64,000 bases of DNA, taken from assembly GCA_951406725.2 (NCBI GenBank), contig OX597835.1, positions 22,568,001 to 22,632,000 of the forward strand, in the 5' to 3' direction. The stretch comes from Octopus vulgaris. Taxonomy: Eukaryota. The notes under the pieces were generated by a model that saw only the letters and a program-made list of their open reading frames with translations, made no database searches and was not told the DNA's origin. The position numbers and the translations under genes were made by a program. This document shows, piece by piece, positions 1 through 12,295 of the stretch (positions are counted from its first letter, which is position 1; each line of letters starts with the position of its first letter).

Positions 1-113
1 ACTTCATGTAGAATAACATTGTAGGGTAGGTGTGAGGGCCTGGATCTGGTCAGTTTGAACATAAAACAGATTAAATATTTTGGCCGGATATGGCCGGTTT
101 AAATACTAAAGGG
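1..113 (+). mobile_element. Right end of a piggyBac-like MITE (TTAA family)
   Basis: Ends ...AAATACTAAAGGG|TTAA; nearly identical to 46060-46172. Confidence 0.7.
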
Positions 114-872
114 TTAAGCACTCATTCTCATTGTTCAGTATTTACATGTGTGTGTGTGTGTAGCCTGGTGCAGCCTTCTGGCTCACCAGTCCCCAGTCAA
201 ACCATCTAACCCATGCCAGCACGGAAAGCGGATGTTAAACGATGATGATGATGACATGGTGAGTTTCCATAGATTCCATCAACCAAATTCAGTCATAAGG
301 CATTGGTCATCCCAGGGCTATAGTAAAAGACGCTTGCCCAAGGTGCTGCGCATTGGGACTGAACTCAAAACTGCATGGCTGCTAAGTGAGCTCCTTAACC
401 ACACTGCTGTGACTGTACCCGTACATTATTATAGTTACTCACAGTTTCTTGCATCACAGCACATGCGCTGACAGTGTAGTAAATTCATTCATGCAACATT
501 TTACATGAATTTTTTTCTACCCCTGGAGAGATAAAATCTGCTTTTAGCTACTTTGTTTACTTTCCACAGTTTCAGTCATTGGACTATGGCCATGCTGGAG
601 CACCATCCTGTAGGATTTAGTCAAACAACTCAAACTTCAGTACTTCTTTTTTTAAGTCTGCTGCTTATTCTATCAGTTTCTTTTTTCCAAACTGCTAAGT
701 CTAGGACATGTAAATAACCCAACACAGGTTATCATGCTTTGGCGTTGAATACAAAGACACACACACGCGTGTGTGTGTGTGTATATGTATGTATATATTA
801 TTTTTATATTTCAGGATGATCAGTTTTTTTTTTTCTTCTTGCTAAACAAACACATTTGCTGTATATTCATTC

Positions 873-1053
873 ATCATCATCGTTTAACGTCCGCTTTCCA
901 TGCTAGCATGGGTTGGACGGTTCAACTGGAGTCTGGGAAGCCAGAAGGCTGCACCAGGCCCAGTCTGATCTGGCAGTGTTTCTACAGCTGGATGCCCTTC
1001 TTAACACCAACTACTCCATGAGTGTAGTGGGTGCTTTTTATGTGCCACCGGCA
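873..1053 (-). mobile_element. RTE-type LINE 3' UTR fragment
   Basis: Reverse copy of the repeat ending ...CCAACCCATGCTAGCATGGAAAGCGGACGTTAAACGATGATG; the same sequence follows RTE-like coding remnants at 27.4-28.4 kb. Confidence 0.7.
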
Positions 1054-1054
1054 T

Positions 1055-1575
1055 TGTTTATTATTATTCTTATTTTATGCCCGTTGTCTGGAAATCTTTC
1101 ATCACCCATCCTGTGACCTCTTCAGTAACTCTCCATCCCACATCTCCTCCTCATGTTCTGTTTAGTCCATTCTCTCTCGCAATGTTGGCTCTGCAGACCG
1201 GTCTTGTTGGTGGTCCTGTCCCTGGATCAGTGGTCGTTTTATGATCCTTGCATAGCCCATACAGTTGCTGGGATGTCATTATTTGTGGCCTGGAAGTTGC
1301 TGCTCCTGGGATGTTTGACCACTTCATGTGAGCATTGAGGATCTTTTCTCTCCCCTCACACTCTTGTACTGTTGTTTCCCTCCTGTTGTGGATTTGGGGT
1401 TGCATTGCCTGAATGAAGTTCAGCCGGCTGTCTATCGATGTTCTGCCAGACATATCCATGGGGAAGCACACAGCTTCCTCCCTTTATTTTTTTTTGTGCT
1501 ATATGAGTTTGTGCAAGCCACTTGCAGATTTCTTATCAAGTTGCTGTGCCTCTCTCCTACTCTTGTCTTCTAGTG
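1055..1575 (-). mobile_element. Decayed Penelope-like element: GIY-YIG-like C-terminal relic plus terminal repeat with hammerhead-like motif
   Basis: Minus-strand frames give KTRVGEAQQLDKKSA..H and LNFIQAMQPQIHN, resembling PLE GIY-YIG motifs (LKTRxxEH; ExxFIxxxxPxLN). These are followed by CTGAAGA-G-GTCACA-loop-GGTGAT-GAAA at 1125-1097. Confidence 0.55.
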
Positions 1576-1580
1576 TACTC

Positions 1581-1980
1581 ATCATCATCATCATCATCAT
1601 CATCGTTTAATGTCCGTTCTCCATGCTAGCATGGGTTGGACGGTTCGACCGGGGATCTGGGAAGCTAGAAGGCTGCACCAGGCTCCGGTCTTATCTGGCA
1701 ATGTTTCTACAGCTGGATGCCCTTCCTAATGCCAACCACTCCGTGAGTGTAGTGGGTGCTTTTTACGTGCCACCTGCACAGGTGCCAGGCGAGGCTGGTA
1801 ACGGCCACGGTCGGATTGGTGCATTTTACGTGCCACCGGCACGGAAGCCAGTCGAGGCGGCGCTGGCATCGGCCACGATTCGGATAGTGCTTTTTACGTA
1901 CCACCAGTCCAGGGGTCTTGGCATCTGCCGGGTGCCAGTCATAGGATTGGTTCAATTTCGATTCCGATTTCGATTTCGTT
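1581..1980 (-). mobile_element. RTE-type LINE 3' UTR with internal TTTTACGTGCCACC repeats
   Basis: (CAT)n tail on + strand; same family as 27403-28060 and 40188-40503. Confidence 0.7.
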
Positions 1981-2129
1981 TACTGTTTTTGAGATCTAAG
2001 TTTTCTACTAGCCAAGGTAAATTGTGCTTCTATTTCATCATTTGTCTGTTGTGGGTTACAGACTCTTTTGTTAAAAGGTAGGGTTGTTGGATAAATACGA
2101 CTCGACTCGTATCATACGACTTATCACAT

Positions 2130-2252
2130 AGACTAAACATAACAGGACACACATGGGATGGAGAGTTGCTGAAGAGGTCACAGGATGTGTGATGAAAGAT
2201 TTCCAGACAAAGGACATAAAATAAGAACAATAATAAGCAAGTGAAGAACGAA
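2130..2252 (+). mobile_element. Penelope-like terminal-repeat fragment, inverted relative to 1055-1175
   Basis: CTGAAGAGGTCACAGGATGTGTGATGAAAGATTTCCAGACAA; ends at a (TA)n tract. Confidence 0.55.
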
Positions 2253-2759
2253 TATATATATATAGTGTGTGTGTGTGTGTATTTGGCAAAAAAATAAAAT
2301 GACCGTCCCAAAATATAACAATACCTGTTTGACACACGATTTCACATCAGGAATCTTGCAAAACTAATCCATAAATGCGTATATAATTTTTTTTCTTTCT
2401 TGTTTTCGTCATTAGACTGGTCATGCTGGGGTACCGCCTTGACAAATTTTAGTCGAATGAATCAACCTCAGTATTTTTTCTTTTTTTTTTTTTCTTAAAG
2501 CCTGGTATTTACTCTATTAGATTCTTTAGCTGAATCGCTAAGTTACAGGGATGTAGGATACACACACACTATAGGCTTTTTCAGTTTCTGTCTACCAAAT
2601 CCACTCACAAAGAGCTTTGGTCGACCCAAGTCTATAGTAGACAACACTTGTCCAGGCTGCCACAGTGGGACTGAACCTGGAACCATGTTGGGAAGCAAAT
2701 TTCTTACTACACAGCCACCCCTGTGCGTGTGTGTGTGTGTGCCTGTGTGTGTGTGTATT

Positions 2760-3045
2760 CTTTTATACTTGTTTCAGTCGTTTTGACTGCAGCCAGGCTG
2801 GAGAACTGCCTACAGCCAAACAAATTGACCCCAGGACTTACTCTTTGTAAGCCTAGTACTTATTTTATTGGTCCCTTTTGCTGAACCGCTAGGTCATGGG
2901 GACGTAAACACACCAGCATCAGTTGTCAAGCTACGTTGGGGCGGGGGGGGGGGGGGGGCAGACACATACACATATATACTTTGAGCTTCTTTCAGTTTCT
3001 GTTTACTAAATCTACTCACAAGGCCCGAGGCTATAGCAGAAGACA
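2760..3045 (-). mobile_element. tRNA-derived SINE family A, 5'-truncated
   Basis: Reverse complement of the body and tail of the family A copy at 3100-3490. Confidence 0.75.
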
Positions 3046-3099
3046 TATACATATATATGTACGTGTGTGTGTGTGTGTATATATGTATATATATATATA

Positions 3100-3261
3100 G
3101 GCGCAGGAGTGGCTGTGTGGTAAGTAGCTTGCTTACCAACCACATGGTTCCGAGTTCAGTCCCACTGCGTAGCATCTTGGGCAAGTGTCTTTTGCTATAG
3201 CCCCGGACCAACCAATGCTTTGTGAGTGGATTTGGTAGACGGAAACTGAAAGAAGCCTGTC

Positions 3262-3305
<44 letters not shown>

Positions 3306-3490
3306 TTGTGTGTCAGTGCTTGTCCCCCTAGCATTGCTGGTGTGTTTACGTTCCCGTCACTTAGCGGTTCGGCAAAAGACACCGATAGAATAAGTACTGG
3401 GCTTACAAAGAATAATTCCCGGGGTCGATCTGCTCGACCGAAGGCGGTGCTCCAGCATGGCCGCAGTCAAATGACTGAAACAAGTAAAAA
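3100..3490 (+). mobile_element. tRNA-derived SINE family A, near full length
   Basis: Head GGCGCAGGAGTGGCTGTGTGGTAAG (A box) ...GGTTCCGAGTTCAGTCCC (B box-like), CORE-like CTTGGGCAAGT segment, internal (TA)/(TG) tract, tail ...ATGACTGAAACAAGTAAAA; more than 20 related copies in the window. Confidence 0.85.
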
Positions 3491-4361
3491 AAAAATATGT
3501 ATATGATGGGCTTCTACAGAGTTTTTGTCTACTAAATTCATTCACAGAGCATCAGTCAGCTTGAGTTAGAGTAGAAGTCACTTGCTCGAGGTGCTGCACA
3601 GTGGGACTGAACCCGCGACTGGGAAGTTGCAAGCTGAGCTTCTTAACCATACAGCCATGTCTGCGCCATCTGAAACCTGCTGCGTAGTGCGCTGTGAGTT
3701 AACACACATGTGCAATTACAAGAGGTGACGATGAAAACGAAGAAACCACGTGTGTGTGTGTATGTGTGTGTGGGTGTTTGACAGATGCAGTAATGTGTGT
3801 AGTAGGAGTATCTGATTCAAGATGAGGCAGACACAGAGAGGCGGATGTACTTTAAATTTTTCTGAAGAAAGCTTGTGTCTCACTTCTTGTCTCAGATGAA
3901 CGGCGATGGTGGCGGTGGTGGGCCTGCCTAATTGAAATGGTACAACTTCCTTTACATCACAACACTTTCTTCTCCCATGTTTTTTCCTTTCCTTTCCTTT
4001 TTTGTTCTTTGTGTGTGTGTGTGTGTGTGTTTTGGCAGTACTCCTTTATTGTGTCAATCTTTGCTCTTCACCTTCCACGACCGCATAACCGTTTCTAACC
4101 CCCCCTCCCCCGTGTCTTTCCATCCATTCACCTGCAAAATCGGTGTGTGACGAAGCAAGAGGAAGTATCTTTTGTTCTGTTACATTGCGGGGTGTGGTGG
4201 GGGTGGGGAGAAGGGGATAGGGGTGCCCCTCCTCTTACACCAATCTTGTGTTACAAGAAATCTGTCTTGCCAGCCAGTCAGTCACTCACCTTTCTAGTGC
4301 TCTTGCCCTTTCTTCCCCTGTTCCTTCCCAAATTCCCTGGATTGTGTGTCTCCCTTTTTTC

Positions 4362-4397
<36 letters not shown>

Positions 4398-4580
4398 TTT
4401 TTCTTTTGGTCAAATAAAGCTTTTTTTTTTAATCTAAGAGAAATATATGAAAATTTATACAAACATATTTCAATGTAAACACTCCATTTGTATTGCTGTA
4501 AAGAATGCTTATAAACACAAACTCACACATACATACATGCATGCATGCATGCACACACGTATATGAAAGTGGATGAAACA

Positions 4581-4982
4581 TACGCAGGAGTGGCTGTGTG
4601 GTAAGTAGCTTGCTAACCAACCACATGGTTCTAGGTTCAGTCCCACTGCGTGGCACCTTGTCTTCTACTATTGCCTCGGGCTGACCAAAGCCTTGTGAGT
4701 GGATTTGGTAGACGGAAACTGAAAGAAGCCTGTCGTATATATATATATGTATGTGTGTGTGTTTGTGTGTCTGTGTTTGTCCCCCTAGCATTGCTTGACA
4801 ACCGATGCTGGTGTGTTTACGTCCCCGTCACTTAGCGGTTCGGCAAAAGAGACCGATAGAATAAGTACTGGGCTTACAAAAGAATAAGTCCCGGGGTCGA
4901 TTTGCTCGACTAAAGGCGGTGCTCCAGCATGGCCAGAGTCAAATGACTGAAACAAGTAAAAGATTAAAAGATTAAAAGAAAG
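4581..4982 (+). mobile_element. SINE family A
   Basis: Matches 3100-3490; tail (TAAAAGAT)n. Confidence 0.85.
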
Positions 4983-5239
4983 ATTATACGTGTACTGTGT
5001 GTGTGTGGGTCTTGTTTCAGTCATTGGACAGCAGCCATGCTGGGGGTTCACCTTGAAGGGTTCAGATGAACGAATTCGCTCCAGTACTTTTTTTTTTTAA
5101 AGCTGGGTACTAGGTCTATTGTCCTTTTTCTTTGCTGATCTGCTAAGTTACAGGGACATGAACAAACAAACACTGGTTTTCAAGCAGTGGTGAGGGATAA
5201 ACACACACACACATGTATGCAAGTATATATATATATATC

Positions 5240-5276
<37 letters not shown>

Positions 5277-5279
<3 letters not shown>

Positions 5280-5575
5280 GAGGTGCAATGGCCCAGTGGT
5301 TAGGGCAGCAGACTCATGGTTGTAGGATCGCGGTTTCAATTCCCAGACTGGGCATTGTGAGTGTTTATTGAGCGAAAACGCCTAAAGTTCCATGAGGCTC
5401 CAGCAGGGGGTAGTGACGATCCTTGCTGTATTCTTTCGCCACAACTTTATCTCTTTCATCTGTTGGCCTGCTCGCTTAGCCAGCGGGGTGGCGTCATTTG
5501 AAAGCTAAGACAATGCGAAACGCATTGTGATCAGCGATGTGTAGCAACATCTGATTGCCTGGTCGGTCACGGTGA
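5277..5575 (+). mobile_element. tRNA-derived SINE, family D-type head
   Basis: GTGGAGGTGCAATGGCCCAGTGGTTAGGGCAG...GGTTTCAATTCCC tRNA-like head shared with 25662-26031. Confidence 0.75.
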
Positions 5576-5750
5576 TATATATAAAATGGGCTTCTTTCAG
5601 TTTGTGTCAACCAAATCCACACACAAAGCTCGGTAGAAGACACTTGCTCAAGGTGCCATGCAGTAGGACTGAACCCAGAATCTTGTGGTTGAGAAGCAAA
5701 CTCCTTACCACCCAGCCTTGTCTATGCCTGTACATATACACACAAATATA

Positions 5751-6300
5751 TCTAGCAACAGGGAGGATGTCTTGCAAACAACTTGCACATGCAAGTGCTA
5801 CCAGTTAAAAGCTCCGTATACCGGAAGCTAGCAAGTGTATGGGGTCATCAGGAGAGAATGCGCACCGTTTCGGGGCCTACCTCTCGACGGCATCAATGCA
5901 CACCGGCCCCACTCACTGATATGAGGCCCCGCTTGCTAGATCAGCTGGTTATGAAAAACTCAATATACTTCTAGCCATCGCTCATCGTCTCTTTTTAACC
6001 AAATCCAGTGGCTAGCCTTCTCCACTGTAGATTGGATATCAGTCATAGTGGTATTGACTTTACGATGAGTTAGGCCTAACGATAACAACGGTCGTCTCAC
6101 GCTGTGTCCAACGAACCCTCTACATCCGACTTCGATAGGAATATGTTCCGCTTTCCAGCCTGCGTCTTCACATTCCTCGAGGAGGTTTTCATAACGGTTC
6201 AATTTTCGAGCCGGAGTGGCGTCCATATCATCTTCATGAGGAACCGTTAGCTCAACTATATTTACAACTTTCTTTCTTTCACACCACATCAAAATATCAA
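5751..6300 (-). mobile_element. 3' fragment of an RLE-type (HERO/NeSL-like) non-LTR retrotransposon
   Basis: ORF 5960-6292 (IVELTVPHE...RKLNRYENL...C..AGW...IEVGCRGF...ASHWIWLKR) matches the restriction-like endonuclease C-terminus; followed by about 200 bp of 3' UTR. Confidence 0.85.
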
Positions 6301-6640
6301 AATATCACTAAATAAGCAATGTGTGAATGATATAGTTGTGTGTTTGTATGTTGTGGGTCTTGTTAATTGGTACAACTAATTAATCAAGTATTGTGCCAGC
6401 TAAGTCATGAGGAGCCATATCTTAAAAGGTGAGGAGCCAGCAAGCTGACTTGGTGGCGGTCATATCCTTCTTGGTGGTGGTCATATCCTTCTTGGTGGTT
6501 TCCATATTCTTTTAAAACTGTTACCTTTTTACTTGCACAGCCTTTGTTCTTTCTTTCTTTCTTTTTTTGTTGGAGGAATAAAAAACAAAAAAACAACCCC
6601 CAAAATCTGTGTGGTGGGCTCGGAGCATTCATAAATATAT

Positions 6641-7085
6641 GTTTCTTTGTTGCCCACAAGGGGCTAAACATAGAGGGGACAAACAAGGACAGACAAACAG
6701 ATTAAGACGATTACATCGACCCCATTGCTTAACTGGTACTTAATTTATCGACCCCGAAAGGATGAAAGGCAAAGTCGACCTCGGCGGAATTTGAACTCAG
6801 AACGTAACGGCAGACGAAATACGGCTATGCATTTTGCCCGGCGTGCTAACGTTTCTTATTTCTTTAATACCCACAAGGGGCTAAACACAGAGGGGACAAA
6901 CAAGGACAGACAAACGGATTAAGACGATTACATCGACCCCAGTGCTTAACTGGTACTTAATTTATTGACCCCGAAAGGATGAAAGGCAAAGTCGACCTCG
7001 GCGGAATTTGAACTCAGAACGTAACGGCAGGTGAAATACGGCTACGCATTTTGCCCGGCGTGCTAACGGTTCTGCCAGCTCGCCA
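6641..7085 (-). mobile_element. SINE family B with tandemly duplicated body
   Basis: Two head-to-tail copies of CCCACAAGGGGCTAAAC...GACCCCGAAAGGATGAAAGGCAAAGTCGACC; tRNA-like head at the right end. Confidence 0.8.
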
Positions 7086-7494
7086 CCTAAATATAGCTTA
7101 GTCCACTAGTTTGGATCTGATCAGGAGTTAAACAACAGTATTCTAACTGATGACATGGCTTCCATATGGTTGCACAACCTGTCAGAAATAGTAGCTAAAT
7201 CTACTTCAAATAACACCTTATTATTGCAAAAAAAGGTGGGTGGGTGGGTGCGCATCGGATGATGTAGTTCTAGATAACCTTTTTTTAATTTTTACTTGTT
7301 TCAGTCATTTGACTGCGACCATGCTGGGGCACCACTATGAAGGGTTAAGTTGAACAATTCAACCCCAGCACTTATTTTTTAAGCAGGTGCTTATTATATC
7401 AGTCTCTTTTGCTGAACTGTTAAGTTTTGAGGACATAAACTGACACCAGCTGTCAAGCAGTTGTGGGCAACAATAGCAGAGACATGGATATATA

Positions 7495-7533
<39 letters not shown>

Positions 7534-7925
7534 GGCGCAGGAGTGGCTGTGGTAAGAAGCTTGTCTCCTAACCACATGGTTCCAGGTTCAGTCCCACCAC
7601 GTGGCACTTTGGGCAAGTGTCTTCTACTATAGACTCGGGCTGACCAAAGCTTTGTGTGGATTTGGTAGATGTAAACCAAAAGAAGCCCATTGTATGTATG
7701 TGTATATATATATATATATGTATGTATTTGTGTCTGTGTTTGTCCTCCCACTGTTGCTTGACAACCGATGTTGGCATGTTTACATCCCCGTAACTTAGTG
7801 GTTGGTCAAAAGAGCCCGGTAGAATAAGTACTAGGCTTTACAAAGAATAAAGTCCTGGTGTCAATTTATTCGACTAAAGGCAGTGCTCCAGCATGGCTGC
7901 AGTCAAATGACTGAGACAAGTAAAA
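7534..7925 (+). mobile_element. SINE family A
   Basis: Full head-to-tail match; an opposite-orientation family A tail lies at about 7290-7480. Confidence 0.8.
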
Positions 7926-8745
7926 AAGAAAGCGTTTGTTAGCTGACATCATCCATAGATGGGGTAATTTCTAAGAAATTAAACCCATTAGGCTTCAAGT
8001 GGACCGTTTATTACTGCTGCTGGGAGCTGGCACGCAGAACATCATAAAGTCGATCGGTCGTAAGTCGGAGACAACCTGTAGCTGTAATTATTAACAAGCA
8101 CTCCATTGGCTACGACGACGAGGGTTCCAGTTGATCCGATCAACGGAACACCCTCCTCGTGAAATTAACATGCAAGTGGTTGAGCGCTCCACAGACGCAT
8201 GTACTCTTAATGTAGTTCTCGGGAGATTCAGCGTGGCACAGAATGTGATAAGGCTGGGTCATTTGAATTACAGATGCAGCACATTTTTGTGTGTTGGGCC
8301 TCGTGGAGGCGAGGTGGCCAAGTTCCTTTTGAGTGTTGGGCCTTACAGAGGCAATGAGCAAGGCCTTTGGCATTATATTCTGCTTGAGAAACCCATCAAG
8401 CCTGTAGCTATAGTAGAATACACTTTTCCCAAGATGCTTTATAGTGGGACTGAACCCAAGACCATATGGTTAGGAAGCAAGCTTCTTAACCACACAGCTA
8501 CACCTGTGCCTATGTTTGCTTGTTTTTTAAAAATTGGGTCAAGACAGGAATGTTTATTTTTTTTTATCATACATCTTGTGTGCTGGTTCCGAGGTGACCT
8601 GGGGTTAAACAACAAAAGTTTACATTCAGTTTGACAAATTGCCATATTTTTCTGATGCTATTTATAAAATATTTAAATAGCAAGTTACATAAAAAGCAAT
8701 GTGCACTCACTTTACTGGATACATTGTGATGGAGTATTGAAGGGA

Positions 8746-8812
<67 letters not shown>

Positions 8813-9661
8813 TCACATACATCTTTTGTTTGTTTCAGTCATTAGACTGCGACCATGCTGGGGTACCACCTTGAAGCACCTTTAGTTGAATGAGTCGGCC
8901 CCAGTACCTATTTTTTTTCCCTGTTTTGAGCCTACTACTTATTCTATTGGGCTCTTTTTGCCAAACTGCTATGTTATGGAGACATAAACAAACCAACACT
9001 GGTTGTCAAGTAGTGGTAGGTGACAGAGCCACACACACACACACACACAATGGACTTCTTTCAGTTTCTGCCTGCCAAATCCATTCACAAGGCCCGAGGT
9101 TGTAGTGGAAGACACCTACCCAAGGTGTCATGCAGTGGGACTGAACCTGGAACCATGTGGTTTGAAATATATATTTATATCATCACCATTGTTTTAACAT
9201 TTATTTTTCATGCTTGCATGAGTCAGATGGAATTTGTTGAGGCAGATTTTCTATTACCAGATGCCCTCCCTATTGCCAATCGTCACCTGTTTTCAAGGAA
9301 GATCATAGTTCTTCATGGCTATGCTTTTCATGGAAGACAGAAAATTAACGACATCGCTTGTATGACGGTGAAGCTCGTTTACAACTGTCATACGATATCA
9401 AGACAGGTGAACCCCTCTCCACACACGTTTACATATGGCAGGTTTCTTTCAGTTTCCTTCTACCAGATCCATTCAAAGGCTTTGGTCAACCTTGAGCTAT
9501 AGTTGAAGATAGTTGCTCAGTGTCGTTCAGGTGGACTGAACCTGAGACCCCATGGTTGGGAATAATGTTTTTTAACCACACAGCCACATTCAAATACAGA
9601 TCAATAGGTAGTACCATATTGAAATAAGTTTAATAAGTACCACCAGATTGAATGAATTGTG

Positions 9662-9847
9662 TTTTACTGACAAGAAAGTAAATTTCAAATGCAGTATAGC
9701 TGCCATGAAAACAGCAGGCGGATTGGGTGTTTTACCCCTTATAAGACGGAAAAAGTTGTCAGCAGACAGTTACAGGATTCGCCCAATCTTTCTGCTGTTT
9801 CCATAGCAACTATACTCCATTTGGAATTTACTTTCATTTCTGTAAAA
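9662..9847. repeat. Degenerate inverted repeat (~68-bp arms, ~50-nt spacer)
   Basis: 9662-9729 is the reverse complement of 9780-9847 with about 12 differences. Confidence 0.8.
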
Positions 9848-9867
9848 TACAAAACATTTGATGCTTC

Positions 9868-10270
9868 CAGGAGTGGCTGTGTGGTAAGTAGCTTGCTAAC
9901 CAACCACATGGTTCCAGGTTCAGTCCCACTGCGTGGCATCTTGGGCAAGTGTCTTCTGCTATAGCCCCGGGCCGACCAATGCCTTGTGAGTGGATTTGGT
10001 AGACGGAAACTGAAAGAAGCCTGTCGTACATATGTATATGTATGTATGTGTATGTGTTTGTGTGTGTGTTTGTACCCCTAGCATTGCTTGACAACCGATG
10101 CTGGTGTGTTTACGTCCTCGTCACTTAGCGGTTCGGCAAAAGAGACCGATAGAATAAGTACTGGGCTTACAAAGAATAAGTCCTGGGGTCGATTTGCTTG
10201 ACTAAAGGCGGTGCCCCTGCATGGCCGCAGTCAAATGACTGAAACATGTAAAAATAAAAGAGTAAGAGTA
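9868..10270 (+). mobile_element. SINE family A
   Basis: Full match to 3100-3490. Confidence 0.85.
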
Positions 10271-10683
10271 AAATGTTATTAAATAAATTGTTTTTTTTTA
10301 ATTTATTAAAAAAAAATTTTCTTTGTATATCTCTTATGTGATCACTTTATTCAGCTCTGTGCACAGCTACAACACTGTTGTTAGGTGTGTAATTGGTTAA
10401 TAAAAAATCCTATCTAAAACAAAGATTTTCCTCTTGTTCAGCTAATGTTTTCCGAACTAGAGTTAACCCTTTTGATACCAACCCACCTGAAACTGCTCCT
10501 GGTACTATGATACAAATTCCCCATTACAAAGTGATATTCAGATTATTCTGTTAAATGTAATGCTTATTTATTCACAATTTTTTTGGCTGGATCCTGCCTC
10601 TCTCACCTACCCTACATTGTTAGTCTAAAACATATACAGCCACATAATCAAAATCTCAAGGCTGCAAGATAGTGCAAGATAAA

Positions 10684-11077
10684 TCTTTATATATAAAAGA
10701 GAGGTTGTGTGCTGTCTGTTTCCTACGATTTAGATTCCTAACTACTCCTACATTTTGCGGTGCAGTTTAACCAAAACCGGGTATCTTATAGTCGTGATTC
10801 ATATCGAGCCCTTCTGGGTATTAGCGCGTCTACGATGAGTCTATGATTTAAAAAAAAATTTACCATCAATTTTTCCCATTTTTAATGCATTTTTGGCATA
10901 TATAAGGGAAGTAACTCTCTAAAAATTTATTATTAAATCTCAGAACGTAAAAAGCTACAGTAAATCCCCCCCTTTGTGGTTAGCCATATTGAGATGGCTA
11001 TTATACTTTACATCTCTAAAAATGCTTATATAGTCATTTCCCTTACAAACCCGAGCAACGCCGGGCGATACTGCTAG
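10684..11077 (+). mobile_element. Non-autonomous Helitron
   Basis: 5' TC (A|TCTTTATATATAAAAG), subterminal hairpin CCCGAGCAACGCCGGG, 3' CTAG|T, no TSD; inserted in a TTAA-MITE; second copy at 60028-60424. Confidence 0.85.
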
Positions 11078-11786
11078 TTCAAAATAAATAAGGGTTACAT
11101 TTAACAGAATAATCTGAATGCTGAAAGGTTAATATATCACTGTTATTTTACTATCATCATTTAACGTCCATTTTCCATGCTGGCATGGGTTAGATGCTTT
11201 GACTAGAGCTGGTAAGCCAGAGAGCTTCACCTGGCTCCAGTCATGTGCTTTGGCTTGGTTTCTACAGCTGGATGCCTTTCCTAATGTCAGCTATTATCTG
11301 TGAGAATAGAAGGTATTGTTGCTGCTTCTCTTCAATGATAATGTCAATCTGACAAAAATGTGTTAAGCAAATCAGATGGATCTTCTCTTGCATATAAAGC
11401 TGACCCCCGGTAGCTTTGTCAGAAAATGTAACATGTCCTGGTATAGCTAGGTGGAAACATAGAAATGTAGACTTGTGTGTGTTCTGGCCCTCAATCACAC
11501 TGAAGTAATACCAGCACTGGTTTTGAACTCACAACCTGTAATCAGTTACCTTATCCATTCAATCCATCTCAGTGTTCTGCTAAGCAAGTTTAGTATTTTT
11601 TGGAAGAAATAAAGCTGCTTGTAATGCAAGGCACCCGTCTGGGAGAAGGACATAACTAATTTAACTTATTTGTTTCGGCACCTTGGGCAAGTGTCTTCTG
11701 CCGGTGCCAAAGACTTGTGAGTGGGCTTGGTGGATGTAATCTGAAAGAAGCCTGTCATTATATATATATATATATATATATATATA

Positions 11787-12057
11787 GGTGTAGGATTCCG
11801 TGCCGGTGGCACGTTAAAAGCTCCAACCGATCGTGGCCGATGCCGGACCCCCCTGGCACCTGTGCAGGTGGCACGTAAAAAGCACCCACTACACTCGCGG
11901 AGTGGTTGGCGTTAGGAAGGGCATCCAGCTGTAGAAACTCTGCCAGATCAGACTGGAGCCTGGTGCAGCCTTCTGGCTTCCCAGATCCCTGGTCGAACCG
12001 TCCAACCCATGCTAGCATGGAGAACGGACGTTAAACGATGATGATGATGATGATGAT
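11787..12057 (+). mobile_element. RTE-type LINE 3' UTR
   Basis: Family sequence with a (GAT)n tail. Confidence 0.75.
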
Positions 12058-12295
12058 TTCTGTTGAAATACACAGGTTTTGTTTCACTTAACCCTTTAGC
12101 AATTGGATTATTCTGTCAAATGTGATGCTTAATTTATCCACATTGCTTTGAATGAATCATGCTTTAACTCTTGGCTTCAAGATTTCAATGAAGCGATTGT
12201 TTATTATTAGAATGACATTGTGAGGTAGGTGTGAGAGGCTGGATCTGGCTGGTTTGAACACAAAAACAAAACGGGGAGAATATCTGAGTTAGATA

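Noticed and set aside
3100-3175. tRNA genes at SINE heads
   Set aside because: A/B boxes are present but each continues into a SINE body; no complete cloverleaf.
7147-7200. CTGATGA...GAAA hammerhead candidate
   Set aside because: No proper stem II adjacent to the core and no UH site or stem I; the GAAA belongs to the common AGAAATAGCAGCCAAATCT repeat.
7991-8065. Possible exon resembling a LIM fragment (GPFITAAGSWHAEH) with GTAAGT donor
   Set aside because: Poor acceptor and missing Cys; the GTAAGT lies in a Tigger/pogo-like terminus (minus TACAGGTTGTCTCCGACTTACGACC).
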